A stretch of 64,000 nucleotides of DNA from Gemmatimonadaceae bacterium (lineage in GTDB: Bacteria > Gemmatimonadota > Gemmatimonadetes > Gemmatimonadales > Gemmatimonadaceae): contig JAIBBJ010000199.1 in NCBI GenBank assembly GCA_019694735.1, forward strand, positions 16,661 through 80,660. The letters are read 5' to 3'. The notes beneath the pieces were generated by a model. That model was not told where the DNA came from. It saw only the letters and a list, made by a program, of their open reading frames with translations, and ran no database searches. This document shows, in pieces, positions 45,767-55,699 of this stretch (position 1 is its first letter; every line of letters begins with the position of its first letter). Both the position numbers and the translations under genes were made by a program.

Positions 45767-48700
45767 TCAGGGATAACCGCGGGCCCAGTGGTTGGTCAGG
45801 TTGCCGGTGTAGGCGGTGGAGAGGATCGGATAGACGGCGGGCAACGCCGTCCCCCACGTGTGGCTGATGTAGTTCACCGTGGTGGGGCTGCCGGTGTCCT
45901 GTGTCCGCGTGATGGTGTTCTGGAAGTTGACCATCAGCCAGTACGTGCCGGCGGCGACCGTCACGTTGCCCGTCGTGAACTCGACCTGGCCGGTCGTGCT
46001 GATGGTCCCGACGGCCTGCGCGACGAGCACGCTGGGCCGGCCGGCGGCATCGGTGTAGAGCCCGATCCGCGCGCCGCCGGTGCCGCCGGCGACGTTCAGC
46101 CCGAGGTGCGTGAGCGTGATCGGCTGCGAGATCGTGATCTGCTGGCCGATCAGGTAGTTCGGGCTCCACGGGCTCGTCCCGGCGAAGGCCGTCGGGTAGC
46201 CGTAGCGCACCACGTACGAGGCCTTCACGGAGACGTTGGAGAACGAGCTGTAGCCCTGCAGCATGATGAACCAGTCACCGGCCGCCGGGTTGTCGATGAC
46301 GCACTCCTCGGCGTTGCCGCCGATGTACGGCCGGCAGTTGAAGAGCCCGAGGGTCGCCGCGAACCCTTGGCGCACGTACAGGTCGGCGTCGCCGGTGCCG
46401 CCCGAGATGGTGACGCGCAGCTGCGGCGTGCCGGCGGGCACGTTGATGACGTAGTGGCGCTGCGCGGACGCGGTGTCCGTGATGCCGGCGATCGTCTGCC
46501 CGTTCGACATCGGGACCGGCATCCACACGCCGGCTCGCACCGTCGTGTCGGAGAGGGTGCCGTTGGAGACCGCGCGGACGGACCACGAGGCGCTGATCCC
46601 GGCCGGCACCGAGGGATAGGTGTACGTCGTGACGTCCGGTCCCACCGTGCCGATCACGCTGACCGGGGTGCACCCGACGCCGCCGCACGCGAGGATCTGG
46701 TAGCCGGTCTCGATCGTGCTGTTGTCGGACCAGGTGACGTCGACCCGCCCGCGGTCCACCACCGTCGCCTGGATGCCGCTGGGCGCGACGAGCACCGTGG
46801 ACGCATCCCCCGACACCGGGCCGCCCGCGGAGAATCCGATGCCGCTCCGGAACGTCCGCACGCGGTAGCGATAGATGCTGTTCGGCACCACCGAGCTGTC
46901 GACGTGCGCGGTGACGTCGACGCCCAGCACCGCGGTGATGCTGAAGTTCGAGCAGCCGGTGCCCGCGCAGCGCTCGATGACGTTGAACGTCTCGTTGTCG
47001 GCGTTGTCGGCCCACGTGACGGTCACGCGGTTGACCGTGTTCGGCGTCACCACGAGCGCGCTCGGGTCGGCCGGCTGCCGCGTGTCCGCCGCCGCCGTGT
47101 TGCTGTACGGGGTCACGCCCACCGCATTGAAGGCGCGGATCCGGTAGACGTATGACCCGTTGAGCACGAGGCCGGTGTTCGCGAAGCCGGTCACGTCCGG
47201 ACCCGTGGTCGCGATCTCCTCGAAGTCGGTGCATCCCGCGCTGCTGCACCGTTCGATGCGGTAGCCGGACTCGTCACTGGCGTTGTCCACCCAGCCCAGG
47301 TTGATCTGGACCGAGTTGATCATCGTCGCCGTCAGCCCCGTCGGGGCCGCCGGCAGCGTGGTCGCCGCGACCGCGGTGGCCGTGTAGGCCGAGTTCCCCA
47401 CCGGGTTCGTCGCGACGATCCGGAACTGGTACGTGTTGTTGAAGGCGAGGTCGTTCACCTGGAAGGCCGCGACGTCCGGCCCCACGCTCGCGAACGGCGC
47501 GAAGTCGACGCATCCGCCGCCCGTGCAGCGCTCGAGGATGAACCCGGTCTCGTTCCCCGAGTTGTCGAGCCAGGTGAGCGACGCCTGGGTCTCCGAGAGG
47601 GTGGTGGCCGCGAGGTTGAGCGGGACGTTCGGCGCATCGAGGAGCTGCAGCACCTCGCTGCTGTTGTCCGACGAGCCCGCCGCGTTGGTGGCGCGGACGC
47701 GGTAGTTGTAGAACTCGCCGGTGGTGAGGCCGGCGTCCTCATAGAAGGTCGAGTTCGCGGGCACGCTGCTCACCGGGGCGAAGTCGGCGCACTCCTTCCC
47801 GAGGCAGCGCTCGATGACGAACGCATCCTCGTTGTTCGCGTTGTCGTTCCAGTCCACCCGGATCGCGGTCGGCGACGTGATGACGAGACCGATGATCTCC
47901 GGGCGGTCGGGCAGCAGGGTCGAGCCCACGGCGAGCGGGGAGGCGCCGGAGATGCCGGCGGCGTTCCGCGCGTAGACGCGGTACGCGTACTGGCGCCCGA
48001 GGTCCACGCGGGCGTCGGCGTAGACCGTCGTCGCCGCGTCCACGGAATCGCGCAGCGCCACCCCGGTGTTGCAGGCCGGGTCGTCGCAGCGTTCGATCAC
48101 GAACCAGATCGGTGCCCCGCCGGCGGACGCGTTCCAGGTCACGTCGATCTGGGTCGCCGTGATGGTCGTCGCCACGACGTCGGTCGGGTCGCCGGGGATG
48201 GAGGTCGTGGCCCCCGCCTCCGCCGTGTAGGCCGAGGCGCCGGCGGCGTTCACCGCCCGCACCCGGTACGTGAAGGATTCATTCGGCGCGATCGGCGCGT
48301 CGGTGAACGCGGTCGTGCCCGGCGGCAGCTGGGCCTGCTCGGTGAAGTCGCTGCACCCGACGCCGGCGCACCGCTCCACGCGGAACGACTCCTCGTTGTC
48401 CGACGCGTCGGCCCAGGCGAGGTCGATGCGCGTGGCGCTCACGGTCGTCGCCGTCAGTCCGGTCGGGGCCGCGGGCAGGTCGGTGTCGAGCTCCACGATC
48501 GCCGAGTAGCCCGAGCTGCCGGCGGCGTTGCTCGCCCGGACCCGGTACCGGTACGTGGTGTTCGCGACCGTCGAGACGTCGCTGAAGCTGACGGTGTTCG
48601 GCGGTTGGAACCCGATCTGGGCGAAGGAGGTGCACCCGGTGCCGGTGCAGCGCTCCACGAAGTAGGCGAGCTCGTTGTCCGCGGCGTCGACCCACGCGAG

Positions 48701-51700
48701 GTCGATCCGGGTGGCGCTGATCACGGTCGCCGCGAGGCCCGTCGGGTCCGCCGGCGTGTTCGTGCCCGCCGCGGCCACGTTCGACGCGCCCGAGACGCCG
48801 GAGGCGTTCTGCGCGCGGACGCGGTACAGGTACGCGATCCCCGCCGGCAGGCCGGTGTCGCTGTAGTTGGTGCTGTTCGCGGCGATCGTCGCGATCGTCG
48901 CGAACGTGCAGGCCGAGGCCTGGCAGCGCTCGATGACGTACGCGGTCTCGTCGGTCGCGTTGTCGGTCCAGGCGAGGTCGATCCGGGTCGCGTTGACCGT
49001 CGTCGCCGTCAGCGCCGTCGGGATCCCCGGCACGTTCGTCACGGCCGAGACGATGGCGCTGTAGCCCGACGGGCCGGCGCCGTTCACCGCGCGGACCCGG
49101 TAGCGGAAGGTGCTGCTGCCCGCGAGGCCGGCGTCGCTGTATTCCGTCGCGCCGGCCGCCGTGGTGGCGATGAGCGCGAAGTCCGTGCAGCTGCCGCCGG
49201 CGCACCGCTCGATCTGATAGCCGGTCTCGTTGTCCGCGTTGTCCGACCACGCGAGGTCGATCCGGGTGCCCGACACCGCGGTCGCGGTCGCGCCGCTCGG
49301 GTCGGCCGGCAGGATCGTCGTCGCGGTCGCGGCGTTCGACCACCCCGAGCTGCCCTCCGAGAAGGCCCGCACGCGGTAGGTGTACGACGTCGCGGCGGCG
49401 ATCGGCGTGTCGCTGTAGCTCGTGGCGTTCGCGGCGAGCGTCGCGAGCAGCGTGAAGCTCGAGCAGCCCGCGCCCGTGCAGCGCTCCACGCGGTAGCCCG
49501 TCTCGTCAGAGGCGTTGTCGGTCCACGCGAGGTCGATCCGGGTCGTCGAGAGCGGGCCCGCGACGAGGTTCGTCGGGTCGAGCGGCACGACGGTGCTGCC
49601 GTCGGCGACGTCGGAGTAGGCCGAGTTCGCGACGCCGTTGTACGACCGCACCCGGTACCGGTAGGTCGTGCCGATGGTCAGCGTCGAGTCGGCGTGCGTC
49701 GTCACGTTGGCCGCGACCGTCGCAACCTCGGTGAACGTCGTGCACCCGACGCCCGCGCACCGCTCGATCCGGAAGCCCGTCTCGTTCGAGGCCGGGTCCG
49801 TCCAGGTCAGGTCGATGCGGGTGCCCAGCACCGTCACGGCGTCGAGTGCCGTCGGGGCGGCCGGGGCGAACGTGTTCGGGCTCACCGTCGCCGTGTACGC
49901 CGAGCTGCCGGCGGCGTTCACCGCGCGGACGCGATAGCGGTAGAAGGTGTTGCTCGCGAGACCGCCGTCCACGTAACCGGTGGCGCCGGGGGCCAGCTGG
50001 ATGAGTTGCGTGAAGCTCGTGCAGGACACGCCGGTGCAGCGCTCGACGCGGTAGCTGACCTCGTTCGTCGCGTTGTCGGTCCACGCCAGCGTGATCTCGG
50101 TGGGGGCCGTCACGACGGCCGAGAGGCCCGTCGGGTCCGCCGGCAGGAGGGTGCTCGCCTCGACCGGCCCGTCATAGCCGGCCGCGCCCGCGTTGTTGAA
50201 GGCCCGGATGCGGTACCGGTAGGCGTTGCCCACCGCGACCGACAGGTCGGTGTACGTGGTGGCGTCCACCGGCGCGGTGCCGATCTCGGCGAAGTCGCTG
50301 CAGCCGCTGCCGGTGCACCGTTCGATCGCGACGCCGTTCTCGTTGGTGGCGTTGTCGGTCCAGCTCAGGTCGATGCGGGTCCCCGTCGTCGTCACCGCGG
50401 CGAGGCCCGTCGTCGCGGCCGGCCGCAGCGTGTTCGCCGTCGCCGTCGCGGAATACGCCGACGCGCCCACGCGGTTCACCGCGCGCACGCGGTATCCGTA
50501 GGTCTGGTCGAGCGCACCCGTCGAATCGACGAGCGAGTTGGTGTTCGGCGCGAGCGAGTCCAGCCGCGCGAAGGTCGTGCAGCCGACCCCCGTGCAGCGC
50601 TCCACCTCGAGCCCGGTCTCGTTGGTCGCCCCCTCCGTCCAGCTCAGCGCGATCCGCGTGCCCGACTGCAGCACGGCGGTCAGGCCGGTCGGCGCGGTCG
50701 GCGTCGTCACCGAGGCGGTCGCCGTGTTCGAGAAGCGCGACGACCCGTTCGCGTTGATCGCCCGCACGCGGTAGGTCATCACGTTGCCGAGCGCCAGCCC
50801 GCCGTCCACGTACTGCGCGACGTTGGTGCCCACCAGGATGAGGTCGCTGAAGTCGCCCTCGCCGCAGGGCAGGGCGGTGCAGCGCTGGATGACGAACCCG
50901 TCCTCGTTCGCCGAGTTGTCCGTCCAGGCGACGGTGATCGCGGTCGGCGAGGTCGCCGTCGCCGTGAGGCTCGTCGGGTCGGCCGGCACGTCGGTCGTCG
51001 CATCGACGACCGCCGAGAAGGCCGAGGCGCCCGCGCCGTTCAGCGCGCGCACCCGGTAGCGGTACGTGAGGTTCGGCGTCAGGCTCGCGTCGCTGTACGC
51101 CTGCGTGTCCGGGGCCAGGCTGTCCACGCGCGCGAACGCCGTGCAGCCGGCGCCGGTGCAGCGCTGCAGCTCGTACGCGGTCTCGTTCGTGGCGTTGTCG
51201 GTCCACGTGAGGTCCACCTGGGTCGCCGAGACCGTCGTCGCCGCCAGGGCCGACGGCGCGGACGGCAGCACCGTGGTCGCCGTGGCGATGTTCGAGGGGG
51301 CCGACGTGCCGATCAGGTTGGCCGCCACGACGCGGTAGCTGTACGACTGCCCGGCGGCGACCGTGCTGTCGATGTGGCTCGCGACGCCGGCTCCGACCGA
51401 GACGAGGTCCGTGAAGCCGCCGCAGGCGACGCCCGTGCACCGCTGGATCGTGAAGACCGTCTCGTTGTCCGAGGCGTCGGCCCACGCGAGCGCGATCCGC
51501 GTGGTCGAGGTCGCCTGCGCGGTCAGCGACGCGGGCGCGGCCGGTGTCGCCAGCGTCGTCACGGCGACCGCGGTGTACGCGGACGCGCCGGCGCCGTTGA
51601 CCGCCCGCAGCCGATACGCGTACGTCAGGCCCGGCGTGAGGCCGGCATCCCCGGCCCCGGTCGCGTTCGCCGCCGCGGTGATCACGAGCGCGAAGTCGCT

Positions 51701-54700
51701 GCAGCCGACGCCGGCGCACCGCTCGATCTCGAATCCGGTCTCGTCGCCCGAGTTGTCGGTCCACGAGATCGTCGTGCCCGTCGCGCTCGCCGGCACCACC
51801 GTGAACGCCGACGGGATCGCCGGGAGGTTCGTCGAGGCCGCCGCCGTGTTGGAGTAGGCCGACGTGCCGGCCAGGTTCCGGGCCCGCACGCGGTAGGTGT
51901 AGGTCTGCGACGCCGTGAGCCCCTCGTTCGCGTACGCCGTCACGTTCGCGCCCACCGAGTCGAGCAGGGCGAACGTGGTGCAGCCCGCGCCCTGGCAGCG
52001 CTCGACGTAGAAGCCGGTCTCGTTCGTCGCGTTGTCGGTCCAGCTCAGGTCCACGCGCGTGTCCGACTGCGTCGCCGCCGCGAGGCCGGTCGGGGCGCTC
52101 GGCAGCTCCGTCGAGGCCGTCGCCGTCGCGGTCGGGGTCGAGAGGCCCGAGAAGTTGCGCGCGAGGACGCGGTACCCGTACACGTTGCCCACGGTCGCCG
52201 TCAGGTCGGTGTACGCGGCGATGCCGCCCGCCACCGAGTCGATGACCGTGAACGTCGCGCAGCCGGCGCCGGTGCAGCGCTCGACCAGCACGCGCGTCGC
52301 ATCGAGCGCGTTGTTGGTCCACGCCAGCGCCACCGAGGTGCCGGACGTCGTGGTCGCCGTCAGCGCGCTCGGCGCGTTCGGGAGCGTCGTCGAGACCGAC
52401 GCGACGTTGGAGGCCGCGCCGGCGCCGACGATGTTGAAGACGACGACGCGGTAGTCGTACGACGTGGACGGGGCGACCGTGGAGTCGATGAACGACGTCA
52501 CGTTCGGCCCGACGGTGTCCAGCGGCGCGTACGTGCACCCGGTGCCCGCGCACCGCTGGACGATCACCCCCGACTCGTTCGCCGCGTTGTCGGTCCACGA
52601 GAGCGTCACGCGCGGGCCGGCCGAGAGCGTCGCCGCCAGCGCGGACGCCGGGTTCGGCGCCCGCGTGTCGCCGATCGCGATCGCCGTGTAGCCCGACGCG
52701 CCCGCGGCGTTGTACGCCCGGACGCGGTACCGGTACGCGGTGCCCGCGGCCACGCTGGCGTCCGCGTAGCCGACGATGTTCGCGCCGACGGTGCCGATCT
52801 CGACGAAGTCCGTGCAGGCCTCGCCGGTGCAGCGCTCGATGCGGAAGCCGAGCTCCGTCACGGCGCCGTCCGTCCAGGCCAGGCTCACCTGCGTCGGGCC
52901 GCTCGTCGTCGCGACGAGGTCGGTCGGGTCGCCCGGCGCGGCCGTGGCGACCGTGGCCACGTTCGACGCCGCCGACGGGCCGGTCGCGTTGACCGCCCGC
53001 ACGCGCCACCGATACGTCGTGCCGGCCGTCAGGCCGGTGTTCTGGTAGGTCACCACGTTCGAGTCGAGCGTCGCGAGCGTCGTGAAGTTGACGCAGCCCA
53101 CGCCCGCGCACCGCTCGACGACCTGCGCCGTCTCGTTCGTCGCGTTGTCCACCCACGACAGGTCCACCTGGGTCGTCGAGATCAGCGTCGCCGTGAGCGT
53201 CGACGGCGCCGCCGCGCTCCGCGTGCTCGCGACCGCATCGCTCGTGTAGGCGGAGTTGCCGACCGCGTTGCGGGCGCGCACGCGGTAGCGATAGTCGCCC
53301 TCCGCGGCCACCGTCTGGTCGTTGTACGTGTTCGTCCCGGCGGTGACGAAGCCCACCTCGGTGAACGCGGTGCACCCGACGCCGCTGCAGCGCTCGATGC
53401 GGAAGGTCGTCTCGTTGTCCGAGGCGTCCGTCCACGCGAGGTTGACCTGCGTCCCCGAGATCGTCGCGGCCGAGAGGCCGGCGGGCGGGGCGGGGAGGAG
53501 CACGGCGGCGAGCACCGGGCCCGCCTCGACCGAGGTGCCGGCCACGCCGACCGCCTTCACGCGGTACCGGTAGCTCGAGCCGACGACCACCGAGTCGTCG
53601 GTGAAGCTCGTGGCGCCGGCCGCCAGCGTCGCGCGCAGGCCGAAGCCCGAGCAGCCGGTGCCGGTGCAGCGCTCGACCTGGAAGCCCGTCTCGTTGCTCG
53701 TCGTGTCGGCCCAGCTCAGGTCCACGCGCGAGGCCGAGACCACGCTGGCGGCGAAGCTCGCCGGCACGCCCGGCGGGCGCGTGTTCGCGTTCGCCGTGTT
53801 CGTCGCCGCCGCCGATGCCCCGGCGACGTTCACCGAGCGCACGCGGTAGCTGTAGTAGGTGTCCGCGATGACCGTGACGTCGCTGTACGCCGTCGCGTTC
53901 GCCGCCGTGGTGTCGATCGCCGCGAACGTCGTGCACCCCTGGCCCGTGCAGCGCTCGATCACGAAGCCCGTCTCGGTCGCCGAGTTGTCGGCCCACGAGA
54001 GGTCGATCTGCGTCGCCGAGATCGTCGTCGCCGCGAGGGCGGTCGGGGCGGCCGGCCGGATGGTGTTCGCGGTCGCGGTGGCGCTGTAGGCCGAGGGCGC
54101 GACGTTGTTCGTCGCCCGGACACGGAACACGTAGGTGTTGTCGAGCGCGAGGCCCGTCGCGCTGGCGGTCGTCGTCCCCGCCGGCAGCGTCGCGATGGTC
54201 GTGAAGTCGGCGTCGCCCGCGCAGGTGCCGTTGTTGCAGCGCTGGACCTCGAACGCCGTCTCGTTGTTCGAGTTGTCCGACCACGCGAGGTCGATCCGCG
54301 AGCCGGAGATCGTCGTCGCCGTCAGCGCGCTCGGGGCCGTCGGGCCGGCGAGCACGACGTCCACCGGGCCGGCGTACGCCGAGTTGCCGATGGCGTTGCG
54401 CGCGCGGACGCGGTAGCGGTACGTCTGGCCGGCGGTCAGCCCGGCGTCGCTGAAGCTCGTGTCGTTCGCCGCGCCCGCCGTCAGCTCGGCGAAGTCCGTG
54501 CAGGCCGCGCCCTGGCAGCGCTCGATCCGGTACGAGGTCTCGTTGTCCGCCGCGTCGGCCCAGCGCACGCGCGCCGCCGTGGCCGACGTCGCGAGCACCG
54601 CGAGCCCCGTCGGGGCCGCGGGCAGCCGCTTCACCGTGAGGATCAGCTCATAGTGGCCCACCGAGCTCCCGGTGCGCCCCACGCGCACCAGCACGTGCTC

Positions 54701-55690
54701 CGTCGCCGGCGCCACGCCGACCACCCGCGAGTCGGTGCTGCCGGTGATGTCATCCTCGGCGGCGCCGAAGCCCGTCGTGCCGTCGGCCCGGAACAACGCC
54801 AGCGTCGTGTTCAGCGGCGAGGCGGGCGTCAGTCGCGCGGCGCGGGTCTCCGCGAACACCGAGTCGCCCGCCCGCACGCTGATCGCCTGCCAACCTTCGG
54901 TGAGCGAGGCGATGAGGTTGCGGTCGCGGAGCGTGTCGGGGACGCCGGCCGGATTGAGGCTCGCCGGCGCGCCGAGGGCGGCCGCCGGGGTGCGGTTCCC
55001 CGTCGAGGGCCGCACGAAGAACTGCCGGGCGTCGCTCCAGATCACCTCGGTGAACGTCTGGAAGGGCAGCACCGGCCGCGTCCGGATGTGCCAGCTGCCG
55101 GTGTCGGACACGGTGACCGTGAACTGCGAGCCCGCGGCCGTCTGCGTCGCCGGCGCGTCCCCGAACGCCGGGTCCCGCGACACCTGGTACTGCCAGCCCG
55201 TCGCCAGCGTGAACGACGTGCTCAGCGTGACCGGCTGCGCGAAGTCGACCGTGTCCGCCACGGCGAACGCCGGGATCGTCGGCACCACCGGCGCCACCGT
55301 GACGTTGCCCGGCACGTTGGCACCGCCGGTCACGGTGATCGCCGCGCCCGAGCGCCCGTAATGCTGCACCTGCCCGCCGACCGTGCCCTCGACGAAGAGC
55401 TCGTACGTGCCGTTCGGCACGTCCGGGATCTGCCCCGTCCAGTTGTTGCTGGTCGTGTTGAGCGTCAGCGCCGCGGAGGTCTGGAAGGTCGTCGTGCCGG
55501 TGCCGCGGATCGTCGCGCGCATGCCGGTGAGCGGCTGGATCGCGTGCGCGCTCAGCGGGTCGGCGACGACCGTGAAGACCGGCGTGATCCGCCCGTGCGT
55601 CTGCGGCCGCGTGGGCGCGTCGCACGAGATGGCCACGGACGCGGCCGCGAGGACGGCCGCCAGGACGAGGGGTCGACGAGTCGTATGCAT
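45767..55690 (-). CDS. 3307-aa surface lipoprotein with 29 fibronectin type III repeats, PPC domain(s) and C-terminal beta-sandwich (putative adhesin)
   Basis: Lipoprotein-type signal ending VAISC; 29 repeats of about 93 aa counted by eye (P..P..L.A....I.L.W.DN..NE.G(F/Y).IERC.G.GC..F...Y.YRVRA.N..G.S); PPC motif GGTGDADLYVRQG..CRPYIGGNAEEC. Confidence 0.9.
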   Translation of the reverse strand: MHTTRRPLVLAAVLAAASVAISCDAPTRPQTHGRITPVFTVVADPLSAHAIQPLTGMRATIRGTGTTTFQTSAALTLNTTSNNWTGQIPDVPNGTYELFVEGTVGGQVQHYGRSGAAITVTGGANVPGNVTVAPVVPTIPAFAVADTVDFAQPVTLSTSFTLATGWQYQVSRDPAFGDAPATQTAAGSQFTVTVSDTGSWHIRTRPVLPFQTFTEVIWSDARQFFVRPSTGNRTPAAALGAPASLNPAGVPDTLRDRNLIASLTEGWQAISVRAGDSVFAETRAARLTPASPLNTTLALFRADGTTGFGAAEDDITGSTDSRVVGVAPATEHVLVRVGRTGSSVGHYELILTVKRLPAAPTGLAVLATSATAARVRWADAADNETSYRIERCQGAACTDFAELTAGAANDTSFSDAGLTAGQTYRYRVRARNAIGNSAYAGPVDVVLAGPTAPSALTATTISGSRIDLAWSDNSNNETAFEVQRCNNGTCAGDADFTTIATLPAGTTTASATGLALDNTYVFRVRATNNVAPSAYSATATANTIRPAAPTALAATTISATQIDLSWADNSATETGFVIERCTGQGCTTFAAIDTTAANATAYSDVTVIADTYYSYRVRSVNVAGASAAATNTANANTRPPGVPASFAASVVSASRVDLSWADTTSNETGFQVERCTGTGCSGFGLRATLAAGATSFTDDSVVVGSSYRYRVKAVGVAGTSVEAGPVLAAVLLPAPPAGLSAATISGTQVNLAWTDASDNETTFRIERCSGVGCTAFTEVGFVTAGTNTYNDQTVAAEGDYRYRVRARNAVGNSAYTSDAVASTRSAAAPSTLTATLISTTQVDLSWVDNATNETAQVVERCAGVGCVNFTTLATLDSNVVTYQNTGLTAGTTYRWRVRAVNATGPSAASNVATVATAAPGDPTDLVATTSGPTQVSLAWTDGAVTELGFRIERCTGEACTDFVEIGTVGANIVGYADASVAAGTAYRYRVRAYNAAGASGYTAIAIGDTRAPNPASALAATLSAGPRVTLSWTDNAANESGVIVQRCAGTGCTYAPLDTVGPNVTSFIDSTVAPSTSYDYRVVVFNIVGAGAASNVASVSTTLPNAPSALTATTTSGTSVALAWTNNALDATRVLVERCTGAGCATFTVIDSVAGGIAAYTDLTATVGNVYGYRVLARNFSGLSTPTATATASTELPSAPTGLAAATQSDTRVDLSWTDNATNETGFYVERCQGAGCTTFALLDSVGANVTAYANEGLTASQTYTYRVRARNLAGTSAYSNTAAASTNLPAIPSAFTVVPASATGTTISWTDNSGDETGFEIERCAGVGCSDFALVITAAANATGAGDAGLTPGLTYAYRLRAVNGAGASAYTAVAVTTLATPAAPASLTAQATSTTRIALAWADASDNETVFTIQRCTGVACGGFTDLVSVGAGVASHIDSTVAAGQSYSYRVVAANLIGTSAPSNIATATTVLPSAPSALAATTVSATQVDLTWTDNATNETAYELQRCTGAGCTAFARVDSLAPDTQAYSDASLTPNLTYRYRVRALNGAGASAFSAVVDATTDVPADPTSLTATATSPTAITVAWTDNSANEDGFVIQRCTALPCGEGDFSDLILVGTNVAQYVDGGLALGNVMTYRVRAINANGSSRFSNTATASVTTPTAPTGLTAVLQSGTRIALSWTEGATNETGLEVERCTGVGCTTFARLDSLAPNTNSLVDSTGALDQTYGYRVRAVNRVGASAYSATATANTLRPAATTGLAAVTTTGTRIDLSWTDNATNENGVAIERCTGSGCSDFAEIGTAPVDATTYTDLSVAVGNAYRYRIRAFNNAGAAGYDGPVEASTLLPADPTGLSAVVTAPTEITLAWTDNATNEVSYRVERCTGVSCTSFTQLIQLAPGATGYVDGGLASNTFYRYRVRAVNAAGSSAYTATVSPNTFAPAAPTALDAVTVLGTRIDLTWTDPASNETGFRIERCAGVGCTTFTEVATVAANVTTHADSTLTIGTTYRYRVRSYNGVANSAYSDVADGSTVVPLDPTNLVAGPLSTTRIDLAWTDNASDETGYRVERCTGAGCSSFTLLATLAANATSYSDTPIAAATSYTYRVRAFSEGSSGWSNAATATTILPADPSGATATAVSGTRIDLAWSDNADNETGYQIERCAGGSCTDFALIATTAAGATEYSDAGLAGSSTFRYRVRAVNGAGPSGYSAIVSAVTNVPGIPTALTATTVNATRIDLAWTDNATDETAYVIERCQASACTFATIATIAANSTNYSDTGLPAGIAYLYRVRAQNASGVSGASNVAAAGTNTPADPTGLAATVISATRIDLAWVDAADNELAYFVERCTGTGCTSFAQIGFQPPNTVSFSDVSTVANTTYRYRVRASNAAGSSGYSAIVELDTDLPAAPTGLTATTVSATRIDLAWADASDNEESFRVERCAGVGCSDFTEQAQLPPGTTAFTDAPIAPNESFTYRVRAVNAAGASAYTAEAGATTSIPGDPTDVVATTITATQIDVTWNASAGGAPIWFVIERCDDPACNTGVALRDSVDAATTVYADARVDLGRQYAYRVYARNAAGISGASPLAVGSTLLPDRPEIIGLVITSPTAIRVDWNDNANNEDAFVIERCLGKECADFAPVSSVPANSTFYEDAGLTTGEFYNYRVRATNAAGSSDNSSEVLQLLDAPNVPLNLAATTLSETQASLTWLDNSGNETGFILERCTGGGCVDFAPFASVGPDVAAFQVNDLAFNNTYQFRIVATNPVGNSAYTATAVAATTLPAAPTGLTATMINSVQINLGWVDNASDESGYRIERCSSAGCTDFEEIATTGPDVTGFANTGLVLNGSYVYRIRAFNAVGVTPYSNTAAADTRQPADPSALVVTPNTVNRVTVTWADNADNETFNVIERCAGTGCSNFSITAVLGVDVTAHVDSSVVPNSIYRYRVRTFRSGIGFSAGGPVSGDASTVLVAPSGIQATVVDRGRVDVTWSDNSTIETGYQILACGGVGCTPVSVIGTVGPDVTTYTYPSVPAGISASWSVRAVSNGTLSDTTVRAGVWMPVPMSNGQTIAGITDTASAQRHYVINVPAGTPQLRVTISGGTGDADLYVRQGFAATLGLFNCRPYIGGNAEECVIDNPAAGDWFIMLQGYSSFSNVSVKASYVVRYGYPTAFAGTSPWSPNYLIGQQITISQPITLTHLGLNVAGGTGGARIGLYTDAAGRPSVLVAQAVGTISTTGQVEFTTGNVTVAAGTYWLMVNFQNTITRTQDTGSPTTVNYISHTWGTALPAVYPILSTAYTGNLTNHWARGYP

Positions 55691-55699
55691 CGGTCAGGA

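Noticed and set aside
46520-54625. FN3 repeat region as an assembly collapse, CRISPR or mobile repeat
   Set aside because: Repeats are in-frame protein domains clearly diverged from each other at DNA level
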